Shown here: positions 8,399-17,081 of the stretch, piece after piece
Numbering within the stretch: the first letter of the stretch is position 1
Layout: each line of letters opens with the position of its first letter
Source of the DNA: Candidatus Nanopelagicales bacterium
GTDB lineage: Bacteria; Actinomycetota; Actinomycetes; JAHEKZ01
Length of the DNA stretch: 51,982 nucleotides
Assembly: GCA_038316135.1 (NCBI GenBank)
Contig: JBBQAL010000005.1
Location: 1 to 51,982 of the forward strand
Direction: 5' to 3'
Position numbers and translations under genes: made by a program
The notes under the pieces: generated by a model
Told to the model about the DNA's origin: nothing
The model's database searches: none
The model's input: only the letters and a program-made list of their open reading frames with translations

Positions 8399-9346
8399 TC
8401 AGTGAACGGTCAACTGGCGGGCGCGCAACGACTCTCGGGCTCGGCGTCCAGCGCCCGACAGTGGCCTGGCGTCGGCCAGCGCCCCGTCGAGCCTGGCGCG
8501 GAACTCCGCAGCAGCATCTTCGACTTCGTCGACCTCAGTGCCCTCTGGAAGATCCCAGACCGGGACCACAAGCCCGCTGGCCCGAAACGACCCCAAGAAT
8601 CGGGTGCCCTCCGCGAGCTCGAGACCGCCATCGACCTGCAGCTGAGCCAGGGCGTCGACCAGCGGTGTCTCGTCCTCGGGCAGTACCCATCGAACCTGCC
8701 GCCGTTCGCCGAGCTGCATCCAGTAGGCGCCCTCGACCGCTGCGAGACGCGCGGTGGGGCTGACGACCTCGTTGGCCCGCTCGAGTCCGGCGCGAGCGCC
8801 CTCGTCAGCTGCCTCGGCGTCATCGAGCCAGAAGTCGAAGCCAGAGTGCACCACCACGTGCAGCGGTTGCGCGGCATCGATCAGATCAGTGAGCGAAGGG
8901 GCGTCAGCGGGAAGCAGCCGGGGCGGCACCGGGGTGCCGGGCTCGGCGACCAAGGCCTGGGCCAATGCGTCGCCGAGGTCGCGGGCGACGTCAGCCGACG
9001 AGGTCTGCGTCTGGGCGGCCAGCAGGACGTCGCCGTTCTGCCGGACCAGCGCCGGCCACGCCATCGGCAGGAGCGTGCACAGCGTCACCGAACGGTCGGC
9101 GTTCTTCGGCGTCAGCGTTGCCGTGGCCGCAGGCACCAGATCGTGCAGTGCCACCCAATCTGGTTCAGACGCCAAGCCGGCAAACGGACGGACGACGCGG
9201 TGTTGCGTCGCGGCCGCCTTGCCGTGGCAGGCCTTGTAGCGGCGACCGCTGCCGCACGGGCACGGTTCGCGTCCCCCGACGACCGGGACGTCACTGTCCG
9301 TTGGGCCAGCTGCTGGACGGGGGGCGGATGCGCGGCGCTTGCTCAC
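8399..9346 (-). CDS. DUF5926-family protein with SEC-C zinc motif
   Basis: REPCPCGSGRRYKACHG; RPFAGL..E.DWVAL; LGSFRASGLVVPVWDL. Confidence 0.88.
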   Translation of the reverse strand: MSKRRASAPRPAAGPTDSDVPVVGGREPCPCGSGRRYKACHGKAAATQHRVVRPFAGLASEPDWVALHDLVPAATATLTPKNADRSVTLCTLLPMAWPALVRQNGDVLLAAQTQTSSADVARDLGDALAQALVAEPGTPVPPRLLPADAPSLTDLIDAAQPLHVVVHSGFDFWLDDAEAADEGARAGLERANEVVSPTARLAAVEGAYWMQLGERRQVRWVLPEDETPLVDALAQLQVDGGLELAEGTRFLGSFRASGLVVPVWDLPEGTEVDEVEDAAAEFRARLDGALADARPLSGAGRRARESLRARQLTVH

Positions 9347-9431
9347 GGTGCAGGAGCCTAACCACTGGACGAAGTGCCAGATGTAGCTGCCGCAGGTTCG
9401 GCCACGGCGTTCGCTATTGAGGGCAAGGCTC

Positions 9432-10265
9432 CTAGCGTCTGGCGTCGTTCACCAGCGCGTCCACCTGCAGCCGCACCTCGCGCGGCCGGTTCGTGATGAT
9501 GGCGTCGACTCCCATGCCGCAGACCAGTTCGACGTCATCGGGGTCGTCGACCGTCCACACGAAGACGCGCGACCCGGCCGCCTGCACCCGCCTGACGTAG
9601 TTCGGGTGCGCCTTGACGACCGGAAGCCCAGGGCCGGCAACGCGCACGCCCTTAGGGAGCATCCCGGAGCGATAGGCAACCGAAACACGCTCCATCAGCA
9701 GGACCAGCGGTACGCCGGGTGCGAGCCGTCGTACCCGCCGCAGCGCCACCTCGCTGAAGCTCATCACGGTGACCTGGGCCGGCTCGATCGGCGCCGATCC
9801 ATCGAGCCCAAATCGGCGGAGCATCTCGACCAGACGACGCTCAACGAGGCCGGCATACCGCGTCGGGTGTTTGGTCTCGACCATCAGCTGGATGTGGCGA
9901 GAGGAATCAGCCACCAGCTCGCAGAGCCGTTCCAGTGTCAGCACCTGGGAGTGCTCCGAGCTGACCTGGTCGGGAAGTTCGACCGCTCCGTCTGCTTGTT
10001 GCCAACCGCCGAAGTCGAGTGACTCGAGGTCGGCAAGCTCGAGGGTAGAAAGCACCCCTTCACCGTTGGACGTTCGATCGATTCGTCGGTCATGCACACA
10101 CACCAGGTGGCCGTCTGCAGTGAGCCGTACGTCAGCCTCGAGACCATCGGCTCCATCGTCAATCGCCTGCACGTAAGCGGCGAGGGTGTGCTCGGGCATG
10201 TGCTCGGACGCGCCACGGTGAGCGATCACGAGCGGGCGGCTGGGCGATGGCGTTCCGGAACTCAT
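9432..10265 (-). CDS. glpQ: Glycerophosphodiester phosphodiesterase
   Basis: IAHRGAS...PEHT, E.DVRLT.DG.LVC.HD, VETKHP, WTVD, IITNRP. Confidence 0.92.
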   Translation of the reverse strand: MSSGTPSPSRPLVIAHRGASEHMPEHTLAAYVQAIDDGADGLEADVRLTADGHLVCVHDRRIDRTSNGEGVLSTLELADLESLDFGGWQQADGAVELPDQVSSEHSQVLTLERLCELVADSSRHIQLMVETKHPTRYAGLVERRLVEMLRRFGLDGSAPIEPAQVTVMSFSEVALRRVRRLAPGVPLVLLMERVSVAYRSGMLPKGVRVAGPGLPVVKAHPNYVRRVQAAGSRVFVWTVDDPDDVELVCGMGVDAIITNRPREVRLQVDALVNDARR

Positions 10266-10294
10266 GGTGGCGACATCGTTGCACTCGACGGTGG

Positions 10295-11593
10295 CTAGGG
10301 GGTGAACAGCACGCCGGGATTGAGCAGTCTGCCCGGATCAAGAGCGTTCTTGATCGCGCGCATCGCCGCGATCTCGGCCGGTCTGCGCGACAACGACAGA
10401 TACTCAGGCTTGGCGCGTCCTACGCCGTGCTCTGAGCTGATGCTGCCACCGAGCTCGGCGACGGCACACAGCACCGCCGCCGCCGGTCCGTGGTCATCGG
10501 CCGGCGGCCCATTGACCTGGATGTGAACGTTGCCCTCAGCGAGGTGCCCGAAGGTGAAGACTCGGTGTGGGTGCACCAGCGACGGAAGCCGAACCAGGAA
10601 GGCGTCGAGGGCACTCGGGGGCAGCGCGATGTCGAGGGATTGCCCGGCGCCGAGACTGGCCGCAGCCTCCGACTGCCGCTCCCGATAGGCCCAGAGTCGG
10701 CGGTCGACGGCCGCATCCACCGAACCAGGCAATCGCGGGGCCTGCGCCGTCTCGACGAGCAGGTAGTACGGCCAGTGCGCGGCCAGCGGGTGGGCTAGCG
10801 CAGCGACGTCACTGACGAGTCGCATCCCCACGTCGTCGATGTACTCGGCGGCGAGCAGGTCATCGCGGGAGTCCGCGACGTGCTCGACCAGACCGGAGGC
10901 CTCGTCCAACGATGTGACGCCCAGCATCGTGGTGACTCGCCCTGAAGGCAACGGGTCGCGCAGTTGCAGACGCACCGCGGTGACCACCGCCAACGTGCCT
11001 TCGCTACCGACCAGGAGCCCAGAGAGGTCGTAGCCAGCAGAGTCTTTGGGCAGAGCGTTCGTCCGGTCCACCACCGTTCCGTCGGCGAACACCGCCTCGA
11101 CACCGACGACCTGTGATCGGGTGTCACCGAACCGAACGACCCGGACGCCCCCAGCGTTGGTGGCGACCGTCCCGCCGACCGTCGCTGAGTCACGCGAAGC
11201 CAGGTCGATCCCGTAGGTCAGGCCGGCTTGGGCCGCGATCGCGTGCACCTGGGCCACCGTCATACCGGCACCGACGGTCACCTGCCGCCGCGCGCCGTCG
11301 ACCGACGAGTGTTCAGCGAGCCTCCGCAGCGAGAGCACCACGGTGCCCGTTGCGCCAGGCACCGACCCGCCCACCAGCCCGGTGTTGCCTCCCTGAGGAA
11401 CGACCGGGATCTGCTCCTCGGAGCAGATCGTCAGCACGGCGGCGGTTTCGGCTGTGTCGGCGGGACGAACGACGGCCAGCGGCTGCACCGACCAGCGCCC
11501 CGTCCAGTCGGTGCCAAACGGCCGCGTCACCTCAGGGTCTGTGAGCACGTGCTCCGGCCCAACGGCATCCCTCAGTCGGTCCAGCGCGCTCAC
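10295..11593 (-). CDS. FAD-binding oxidoreductase (GlcD/D-2-hydroxyacid dehydrogenase family)
   Basis: PQGGNTGLVGG, GGTVATNAGG, GSEGTL, FGHLAEGNVH, SEHGVG, LDP..LLNPG; start set at GTG 7 nt after TAGGCT. Confidence 0.9.
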   Translation of the reverse strand: MSALDRLRDAVGPEHVLTDPEVTRPFGTDWTGRWSVQPLAVVRPADTAETAAVLTICSEEQIPVVPQGGNTGLVGGSVPGATGTVVLSLRRLAEHSSVDGARRQVTVGAGMTVAQVHAIAAQAGLTYGIDLASRDSATVGGTVATNAGGVRVVRFGDTRSQVVGVEAVFADGTVVDRTNALPKDSAGYDLSGLLVGSEGTLAVVTAVRLQLRDPLPSGRVTTMLGVTSLDEASGLVEHVADSRDDLLAAEYIDDVGMRLVSDVAALAHPLAAHWPYYLLVETAQAPRLPGSVDAAVDRRLWAYRERQSEAAASLGAGQSLDIALPPSALDAFLVRLPSLVHPHRVFTFGHLAEGNVHIQVNGPPADDHGPAAAVLCAVAELGGSISSEHGVGRAKPEYLSLSRRPAEIAAMRAIKNALDPGRLLNPGVLFTP

Positions 11594-11702
11594 GTTCGGC
11601 AGCCTAGCCATCACCCTGCGAAGTGGCCGGTGATTCCTGCATCCGGCAGGACCTCTCGGTCGGAAGGAGCGACAACTAGCCCTCTTCCCGTTGGGAGTCA
11701 TC

Positions 11703-12326
11703 ATGCGTGTCCTGCAACGACTTGCGGTGGTCGCCACCGCTGGCGTGCTCGCCGTCGGCATCAGCGTTGTTCCCGCCCAAGCAACGTCCGATACCACCGT
11801 GCCGATCTCCGGTGGAGTGACCTCGGTGACCGTCAACCCGGCAGTCACCAAGACGCTGCTCCAGAATCGGATCTTGCCCTACGCCACCGACGCGAAGACC
11901 TCGCTGGTGTGGACTAAGCAGGGACCGACAGTTCGCTACGGCTTCCCCATCACTTCCGACAGCTTCGTGACTGCTGCCGGCAACCCCCTCACTCTCACGG
12001 GCGGCGAGATCGCGCACACCGGTGGCGTGCGGTTCGTCAACCTGCGCAACTTCAAGGCGCTGAAGGTCAGCGACTTCGACATCCGCCTCGGCGAAGGTCT
12101 GCTCTACGCGACCAAGGTCAACAACCAGCCGGCTGAGGTGCCGGTGTTTAAGGTCATCCCGACCACCCTCGTGCCGACGCTGACTTCTGACGGGTTTGCT
12201 GTGCTCACCGGCGTCCGACTCGAGCTGACCAAGGCCGCAGCTGACGCGCTCAATGGTTCCCTCGGCACGACGGTATTCACCGAGGGCTTGCCGTTCGGTA
12301 CCGCCACCGTGCGAGCCGACATCTGA
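11703..12326 (+). CDS. Secreted beta-rich protein (possibly HtaA-like fold)
   Basis: GGGAG RBS; signal peptide ending AQA; FPIT..GG.I.H.GG..F and LT..AA.ALN..LG...F motifs. Confidence 0.75.
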   Translation: MRVLQRLAVVATAGVLAVGISVVPAQATSDTTVPISGGVTSVTVNPAVTKTLLQNRILPYATDAKTSLVWTKQGPTVRYGFPITSDSFVTAAGNPLTLTGGEIAHTGGVRFVNLRNFKALKVSDFDIRLGEGLLYATKVNNQPAEVPVFKVIPTTLVPTLTSDGFAVLTGVRLELTKAAADALNGSLGTTVFTEGLPFGTATVRADI

Positions 12327-12336
12327 CAGTCCTGAG

Positions 12337-12375
12337 CGAATGGCCGGCGTGGCTTGGGGGCACGCCGGCCATTCG
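12337..12375. terminator. Bidirectional terminator hairpin between convergent genes
   Basis: Perfect 15-bp IR CGAATGGCCGGCGTG / CACGCCGGCCATTCG with 9-nt loop GCTTGGGGG. Confidence 0.75.
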
Positions 12376-12384
12376 TGCGTCCGG

Positions 12385-13242
12385 CTACTTCAGCAGGCGA
12401 GAGAGGCGCCGATCGGCCAGGGGTTTGCCGCCGGTCTGACACGTCGCGCAATACTGCAGAGACGAGTCGGCAAACGAAACCTCGCGGACGACGTCACCGC
12501 ACTCGGGACACTCCTGACCTGCGCGGCCGTGGACGCGCATCGCGGCCCGCTTGTCGTCCTTCAGCTCGGACGCCGGAAGACCGGCCGAGCGTGCAACGGC
12601 GTCACGTAGCGTCGACCCGATGGCAGCGAACAGCCGCGCGCGCGCTTCATCATCGATGCGCTCCGCCAGTGCGAAAGGGGAGAGCCGGGCGACATGCAAG
12701 ATCTCGTCGCTGTAGGCGTTGCCGATTCCGGCGATCACCGACTGGCTGCGGAGCAACCCCTTGAGCTGGGTACGAGCATGCTCGTCCAACAGAGCATCGA
12801 GCGCGGCTCGGTCCAGGGTCAGCGGGTCTGGCCCCAACCTGGCAACGCCCGGCACATCCGCGGCTTCGCGGACGACGTACACCGCTAGCTTCTTGGTCGT
12901 TCCCGCCTCGGTGAAGTCCAGTCCCGACCCATCGTCGAGGTGCACCCGCAGCACGAGGGGGCCCTTCCCCGGCTTGAGCGGCGTAGTTGGCAGCTTCTCC
13001 TTCCAGCGCACCCACCCGGCGCGCGCGAGATGGACGACGAGGTGCAGGCCATCGACGTCAATATCGAGGAACTTGCCGCGCCGTCGGACGTCGGTCACCG
13101 TCAGTCCCCCGAGGGAGGTCACCGGTGGGTCAAACGTCTTCAGCGCCGCGATGCCGGCGACGTCGACCTGGGCCACCACCCGTCCGACGAGGCGCTCGCG
13201 CAGGAATCCTGCGAGCGCTTCCACCTCGGGCAGCTCGGGCAC
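12385..13242 (-). CDS. Fpg/Nei-family DNA glycosylase (MutM2 type)
   Basis: MPELPEV, RRGKFL, H2TH GIGNAYSDEIL, C-terminal CPEC...CATCQ zinc finger. Confidence 0.93.
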   Translation of the reverse strand: MPELPEVEALAGFLRERLVGRVVAQVDVAGIAALKTFDPPVTSLGGLTVTDVRRRGKFLDIDVDGLHLVVHLARAGWVRWKEKLPTTPLKPGKGPLVLRVHLDDGSGLDFTEAGTTKKLAVYVVREAADVPGVARLGPDPLTLDRAALDALLDEHARTQLKGLLRSQSVIAGIGNAYSDEILHVARLSPFALAERIDDEARARLFAAIGSTLRDAVARSAGLPASELKDDKRAAMRVHGRAGQECPECGDVVREVSFADSSLQYCATCQTGGKPLADRRLSRLLK

Positions 13243-13332
13243 CCGGCCATTGTGGCCTCAGCGGGCGGATTAGTTCGAAATGACCGAACCGGTGTGACAT
13301 GGCCTCACTGGGACGTTTGGCCTTGAAGGGAC

Positions 13333-13352
13333 AACCTACGGTACCGTAGGTT
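13333..13352. promoter_or_regulatory. Perfect 20-bp palindromic operator overlapping the -10 box
   Basis: AACCTACGGTACCGTAGGTT contains TAGGTT (13347-13352), 5 nt before ATG 13358. Confidence 0.75.
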
Positions 13353-13357
13353 CGAAG

Positions 13358-14845
13358 ATGATGAACGTCGACGCCATCGAGCCGGCCCTCCGCGCCCGCC
13401 AGCTCCCTCCGGTCATCCAAGGCGGAATGGGCGTTGGTGTCTCCAGTTGGCGGCTCGCCCGTCAGGTCGCCCAGAGCGGGGGACTCGGCGTCATCAGCGG
13501 CGTAGCCTCAGACCTGCTGGTCGCCCGCTGGCTGCAGGACGGCGACCAAGGTGGCCACGTTCAAGCAGCAATGGCCGACTACCCCGACCAAGACTTCGTC
13601 GCCGCCACCCTCAAGCGCTACTACCGACCAGGGGGACGCAAAGCCGGAGCCCCGTTCCGCCCTATCCCTCGCCTCGACCACCACCAGCGACTCGACGCCG
13701 TACGCATGGCCGTTCTCGGTGCGTTCGTCCAGGTGACGATGGCCAAGCAGGGTCACAACGGCCCCGTCGGCATCAACTTGCTCGAGAAGATCCAGCTGTG
13801 GACGCCGGCCACCCTCTACGGCGCGATGCTCGCCAATGTCGACGTCGTCCTGGTCGGCGCCGGCCTCCCTACGCACCTTCCTCGGCTGCTCGACGCCTTC
13901 GCCAACGGCCGAGTTGTCACGCTGCCGATCGATGTCGCAGGTTCTGAGTCGTCGGACGAGCTCGTCATCTCACTCGATCCGAAGGAGGTCGTCCCGCCGG
14001 CACCGGCGACGCTGCCCCGTCCGGTCTTCCTCGCGATCATCTCCTCACACATCCTTGGCGCCTACCTCGCGCGCGACGACACGACCAAGCCCGACGGCTT
14101 CGTCGTAGAAGGCCCGACGGCTGGCGGTCACAACGCCCCGCCACGGCGCAACGAGCTGGACGAGGGTGGCGAACCGATCTATGGTCCCCGCGACGTCGTC
14201 GATCTCGACAAGCTTGCCAAGGTTGGCCTTCCGTACTGGCTCGCCGGAGGTCAGGCTTCTCCCAAGCACGTGGTGGCCGCACGAGCCGGAGGCGCGCAAG
14301 GCGTCCAGATCGGCACGGTCTTTGCCCTCTGCCACGAGTCGGGCCTCACCGAATCGCTCCGCACCGCACTTCGGATGTCACTGGACGCCGGTACCGCCGA
14401 AGTCCGCACCGACCCGCTCGCCAGCCCCACCGGGTTCCCGTTCAAGGTCGTGCAGATGGCCGGCACCGTCGCCGACCCCGAAGTGTCGGCTGCCCGAGGT
14501 CGCATCTGCGACCTCGGCTACTTGCGCACTCCCTACCGGCGCGAGGACGGGACGATCGGGCAACGCTGCCCATCTGAACCGGTCGACGCCTACGTGCGTA
14601 AAGGCGGCGAGGTAGAAGACACCGTTGGGCGCAAGTGCCTCTGCAACGGGCTCATGGCGTCAGCCGGTGTGCCGCAAATCCGTCACGACGGGTCTGCGGA
14701 ACCTCCGCTGCTGACTCTCGGCCAAGACCTCGAGGCCGTGCACATGTTGCTGGAGATGTTCCCCGACGGTTGGTCGGCTGCCGACGTCATGCAGTGGCTG
14801 CTCTCTGAGATCAGCGCGTCAAGTTCGGCGAGCGTCCTAGCCTGA
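13358..14845 (+). CDS. Nitronate monooxygenase-superfamily FMN protein, FabX/UfaA-like, with C-terminal Cys cluster
   Basis: PVIQGGMGVGVS, GGLGVISG, EGPTAGGHN, WLAGG, GVQIGT, SPTGFP; RICDLG...RCPSE...KCLCNGL. Confidence 0.85.
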   Translation: MMNVDAIEPALRARQLPPVIQGGMGVGVSSWRLARQVAQSGGLGVISGVASDLLVARWLQDGDQGGHVQAAMADYPDQDFVAATLKRYYRPGGRKAGAPFRPIPRLDHHQRLDAVRMAVLGAFVQVTMAKQGHNGPVGINLLEKIQLWTPATLYGAMLANVDVVLVGAGLPTHLPRLLDAFANGRVVTLPIDVAGSESSDELVISLDPKEVVPPAPATLPRPVFLAIISSHILGAYLARDDTTKPDGFVVEGPTAGGHNAPPRRNELDEGGEPIYGPRDVVDLDKLAKVGLPYWLAGGQASPKHVVAARAGGAQGVQIGTVFALCHESGLTESLRTALRMSLDAGTAEVRTDPLASPTGFPFKVVQMAGTVADPEVSAARGRICDLGYLRTPYRREDGTIGQRCPSEPVDAYVRKGGEVEDTVGRKCLCNGLMASAGVPQIRHDGSAEPPLLTLGQDLEAVHMLLEMFPDGWSAADVMQWLLSEISASSSASVLA

Positions 14846-16078
14846 GCCTGGTCTCACCAATGACATCGCCACTGCCTCTTCATAGAGTTCGTCGCGCACG
14901 CTCGGATGAGCCGCATGATCGATCAGATGCAACACCTGCTCTTCCTGCGAGTTCCCCCAGATCGACGCGACACCGTTCTCGGTGACGACCGCGCTGTGCT
15001 GAAACGACGTCACCGGCTCATCGATGAGCGGCACGATGGTCGACACGTTGGCCCTGGGGTGCCACGAACGCATGGCGATCAGCGCTTGCCCGCCTTTGGA
15101 GTGCAGCGCCCCCACCACAAAGTCAGTCTGCCCACCGAAACCTGAGTAGATCCGGTTATTGATGCGGGAAGCATTGGCCTGGCCGAAGAGATCAACCTGC
15201 AGTGCCGCGTTGACCGACACCATCATCGGGCGCTGAGATATCAAGGAAGGGTCGTTGGTCGTCTCCGTGCGAAGCAGCTGCACGTTCGGGTTGCGGTCGA
15301 CCCACTCGTAGAGCCGTTGAGAGCCGAAAACAAAGGAAGCTACAACCGGCTCATCCTTGTCGAGAGCACCTTGCTCGTGCAGAGCCAACACCCCGTCGCT
15401 GACCATCTCCGACCAGATCTTGAGGCCGCGGCGCTCAGCGACCCCCCGGACCGACGCGTCAGGAACAGCGCCGATCCCCAGCTGCAGGGTGGCGCCGTCC
15501 GGAACGCGGTCAGCCACCCGCGCGCCGATCGAATGCGAGATGTCGTCGATGACGAGGGGCGGCAGATCGACCAACGGCTCGTCGGCCTCGACGAGGTAGT
15601 CGAAATCGTCGACAGCGAACTCCCCGTCTCCGAAGGTGTAGGGCATATCCCGGTTAACCTGCGCGATCACCAAACCGCCAACGGCCCGACACTCCTCGAT
15701 GGCGGCAGGGAGGACATTCACCTCCGCCCCCAGCGAGACCTTTCCGTCGACGACGCGGGAGGTGTGCGCCACCACCACCTCGGGCCGGACTTGCTTCCGG
15801 AACAGCACGGGAACGAGTGAAAGCCTCGAGGGGATGTAGCGCAGCTGCGTCCGATTACGCATCGCCGGCCCCACGAACGCGGTCTCCAGGGTCACACCGG
15901 CGCGGTCGGGCATCCCGGACTGGGCGTTCAGCGCCCAGAGCCGGTACTCCGGAACGGCGGAGTCAATGGCGTTTACCAGGGCGTGCGGTACGGCGAAGTT
16001 GCCGCTGACAACGATTCGTGGGCGTCCACCCAGGGCAGCGACAGCTTCGGCGGCAACAGTCTCGCTCACCCAAGGCAT
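14837..16078 (-). CDS. Acetyl-CoA hydrolase / 4-hydroxybutyrate CoA-transferase family
   Basis: DGATLQLGIGAVP, catalytic SEMVSDG, VNAALQVDLFGQ, SGFGGQTDF, VVTENG; leaderless TAGGGT-N6-ATG. Confidence 0.9.
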   Translation of the reverse strand: MPWVSETVAAEAVAALGGRPRIVVSGNFAVPHALVNAIDSAVPEYRLWALNAQSGMPDRAGVTLETAFVGPAMRNRTQLRYIPSRLSLVPVLFRKQVRPEVVVAHTSRVVDGKVSLGAEVNVLPAAIEECRAVGGLVIAQVNRDMPYTFGDGEFAVDDFDYLVEADEPLVDLPPLVIDDISHSIGARVADRVPDGATLQLGIGAVPDASVRGVAERRGLKIWSEMVSDGVLALHEQGALDKDEPVVASFVFGSQRLYEWVDRNPNVQLLRTETTNDPSLISQRPMMVSVNAALQVDLFGQANASRINNRIYSGFGGQTDFVVGALHSKGGQALIAMRSWHPRANVSTIVPLIDEPVTSFQHSAVVTENGVASIWGNSQEEQVLHLIDHAAHPSVRDELYEEAVAMSLVRPGSG

Positions 16079-16156
16079 GCACTCACCCTAGGGACTTACC
16101 GAAGAGTTCACCCACATGGCCGAACACATCGGGTCATGGCGAACCGATGAACTCAT

Positions 16157-16208
16157 GGAACGGCGAGGCCGGTGCCACACGAGGGGGTGGCATCGACCGC
16201 GCCGTTCC
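16157..16208 (-). terminator. Long hairpin downstream of GNAT gene
   Basis: GGAACGGCG..TGCCAC / GTGGCA..CGCCGTTCC, about 20-bp stem, minus-strand loop CCCCUCGU. Confidence 0.55.
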
Positions 16209-16226
16209 TCGTTGTGCGGAGGTCGC

Positions 16227-17051
16227 CTACAGCAACCCGGGATGCGGCAAGAGCCGCTCCGGATCCATCAAGCCCGGCTCGCTGGCGCAGTACAGGTCGT
16301 GCTCGATGATTCGCCAGCCCGCGTCCAACAACATGGGCGCAAGACGGTTGGTACCAGGGACGGCGACCATGACGTCTTCACCGCACCAACGCGCTGCGGC
16401 CGACGCCGTTTCCGGCATCGCAGATCCCTCGGCACAAGCGAACCGACACAACGTATGCATCGCCCTGTTGCGGACCGTGACGCCAACGGCCAGTGTGCTC
16501 TCCCCATCACGGACGGCGAATATTCGGGCTCCCGGGCGTGCGGCCCAGTAGCTGTACTCGGTGTTGCGATCCCAACCGAACCACTCGGCTTCCAGGACGG
16601 CAGCCGCTTTACCGGCCATCGTCTGCACCTTCAGTGGGCTGGGCGGGAGCACCGCCGAAGAACCGTTCAGGTAGAGCAGCGGCCACAACGGCACCATCCC
16701 CGCCCGCACGTAGAGCGGCAGCGCCGCAGGGTGAAGCGACGAGAATGTCTGCCGCGGCGCAGATGCCGAGTTGGTGCTCCACACCGCGTCGAGGAGTCTG
16801 CGGCCGATGCCTTGCCCTCGGACATCGGTATGCAGGAAGAGGTCGCTGACGTGCTGGGTCGGACCAACGTCGACCACTGCGGCGTAACCCACAACGATGT
16901 CAGACGCCTCAGCGACGACGAGGTGTCCGTGTCCGATCAAGTACCGGTAGTAGCTGACGTCCACCTCGGCGTCGTCAGCCGGCGGATCGACGATCGATGC
17001 GATGTCAACGACGGCGTCGAGGTCATCGACGATCGCGGTCCGGATCTGCAT
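16227..17051 (-). CDS. GNAT-family N-acetyltransferase
   Basis: LFLHTDVRGQGIGRRLL acetyl-CoA motif, ALPLYVRAGM; leaderless TAGGCT-N6-ATG. Confidence 0.88.
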   Translation of the reverse strand: MQIRTAIVDDLDAVVDIASIVDPPADDAEVDVSYYRYLIGHGHLVVAEASDIVVGYAAVVDVGPTQHVSDLFLHTDVRGQGIGRRLLDAVWSTNSASAPRQTFSSLHPAALPLYVRAGMVPLWPLLYLNGSSAVLPPSPLKVQTMAGKAAAVLEAEWFGWDRNTEYSYWAARPGARIFAVRDGESTLAVGVTVRNRAMHTLCRFACAEGSAMPETASAAARWCGEDVMVAVPGTNRLAPMLLDAGWRIIEHDLYCASEPGLMDPERLLPHPGLL

Positions 17052-17081
17052 GTCGGCAGCCTACGAGCCGACCGCGTGCGC

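Noticed and set aside
13271-13290. LexA SOS box before Fpg/Nei
   Set aside because: Only a half site (GTTCGA) is present
13293-13309. CRP/GlxR- or Rex-like site TGTGA...TCACT
   Set aside because: Spacer is 7 nt, not the 6 needed for CRP/GlxR, and it is also one base too long for Rex
16104-16154. Nested inverted repeats as a possible riboswitch before the CoA transferase
   Set aside because: Lies upstream of the predicted -10, stems are short, and no known aptamer motif is visible
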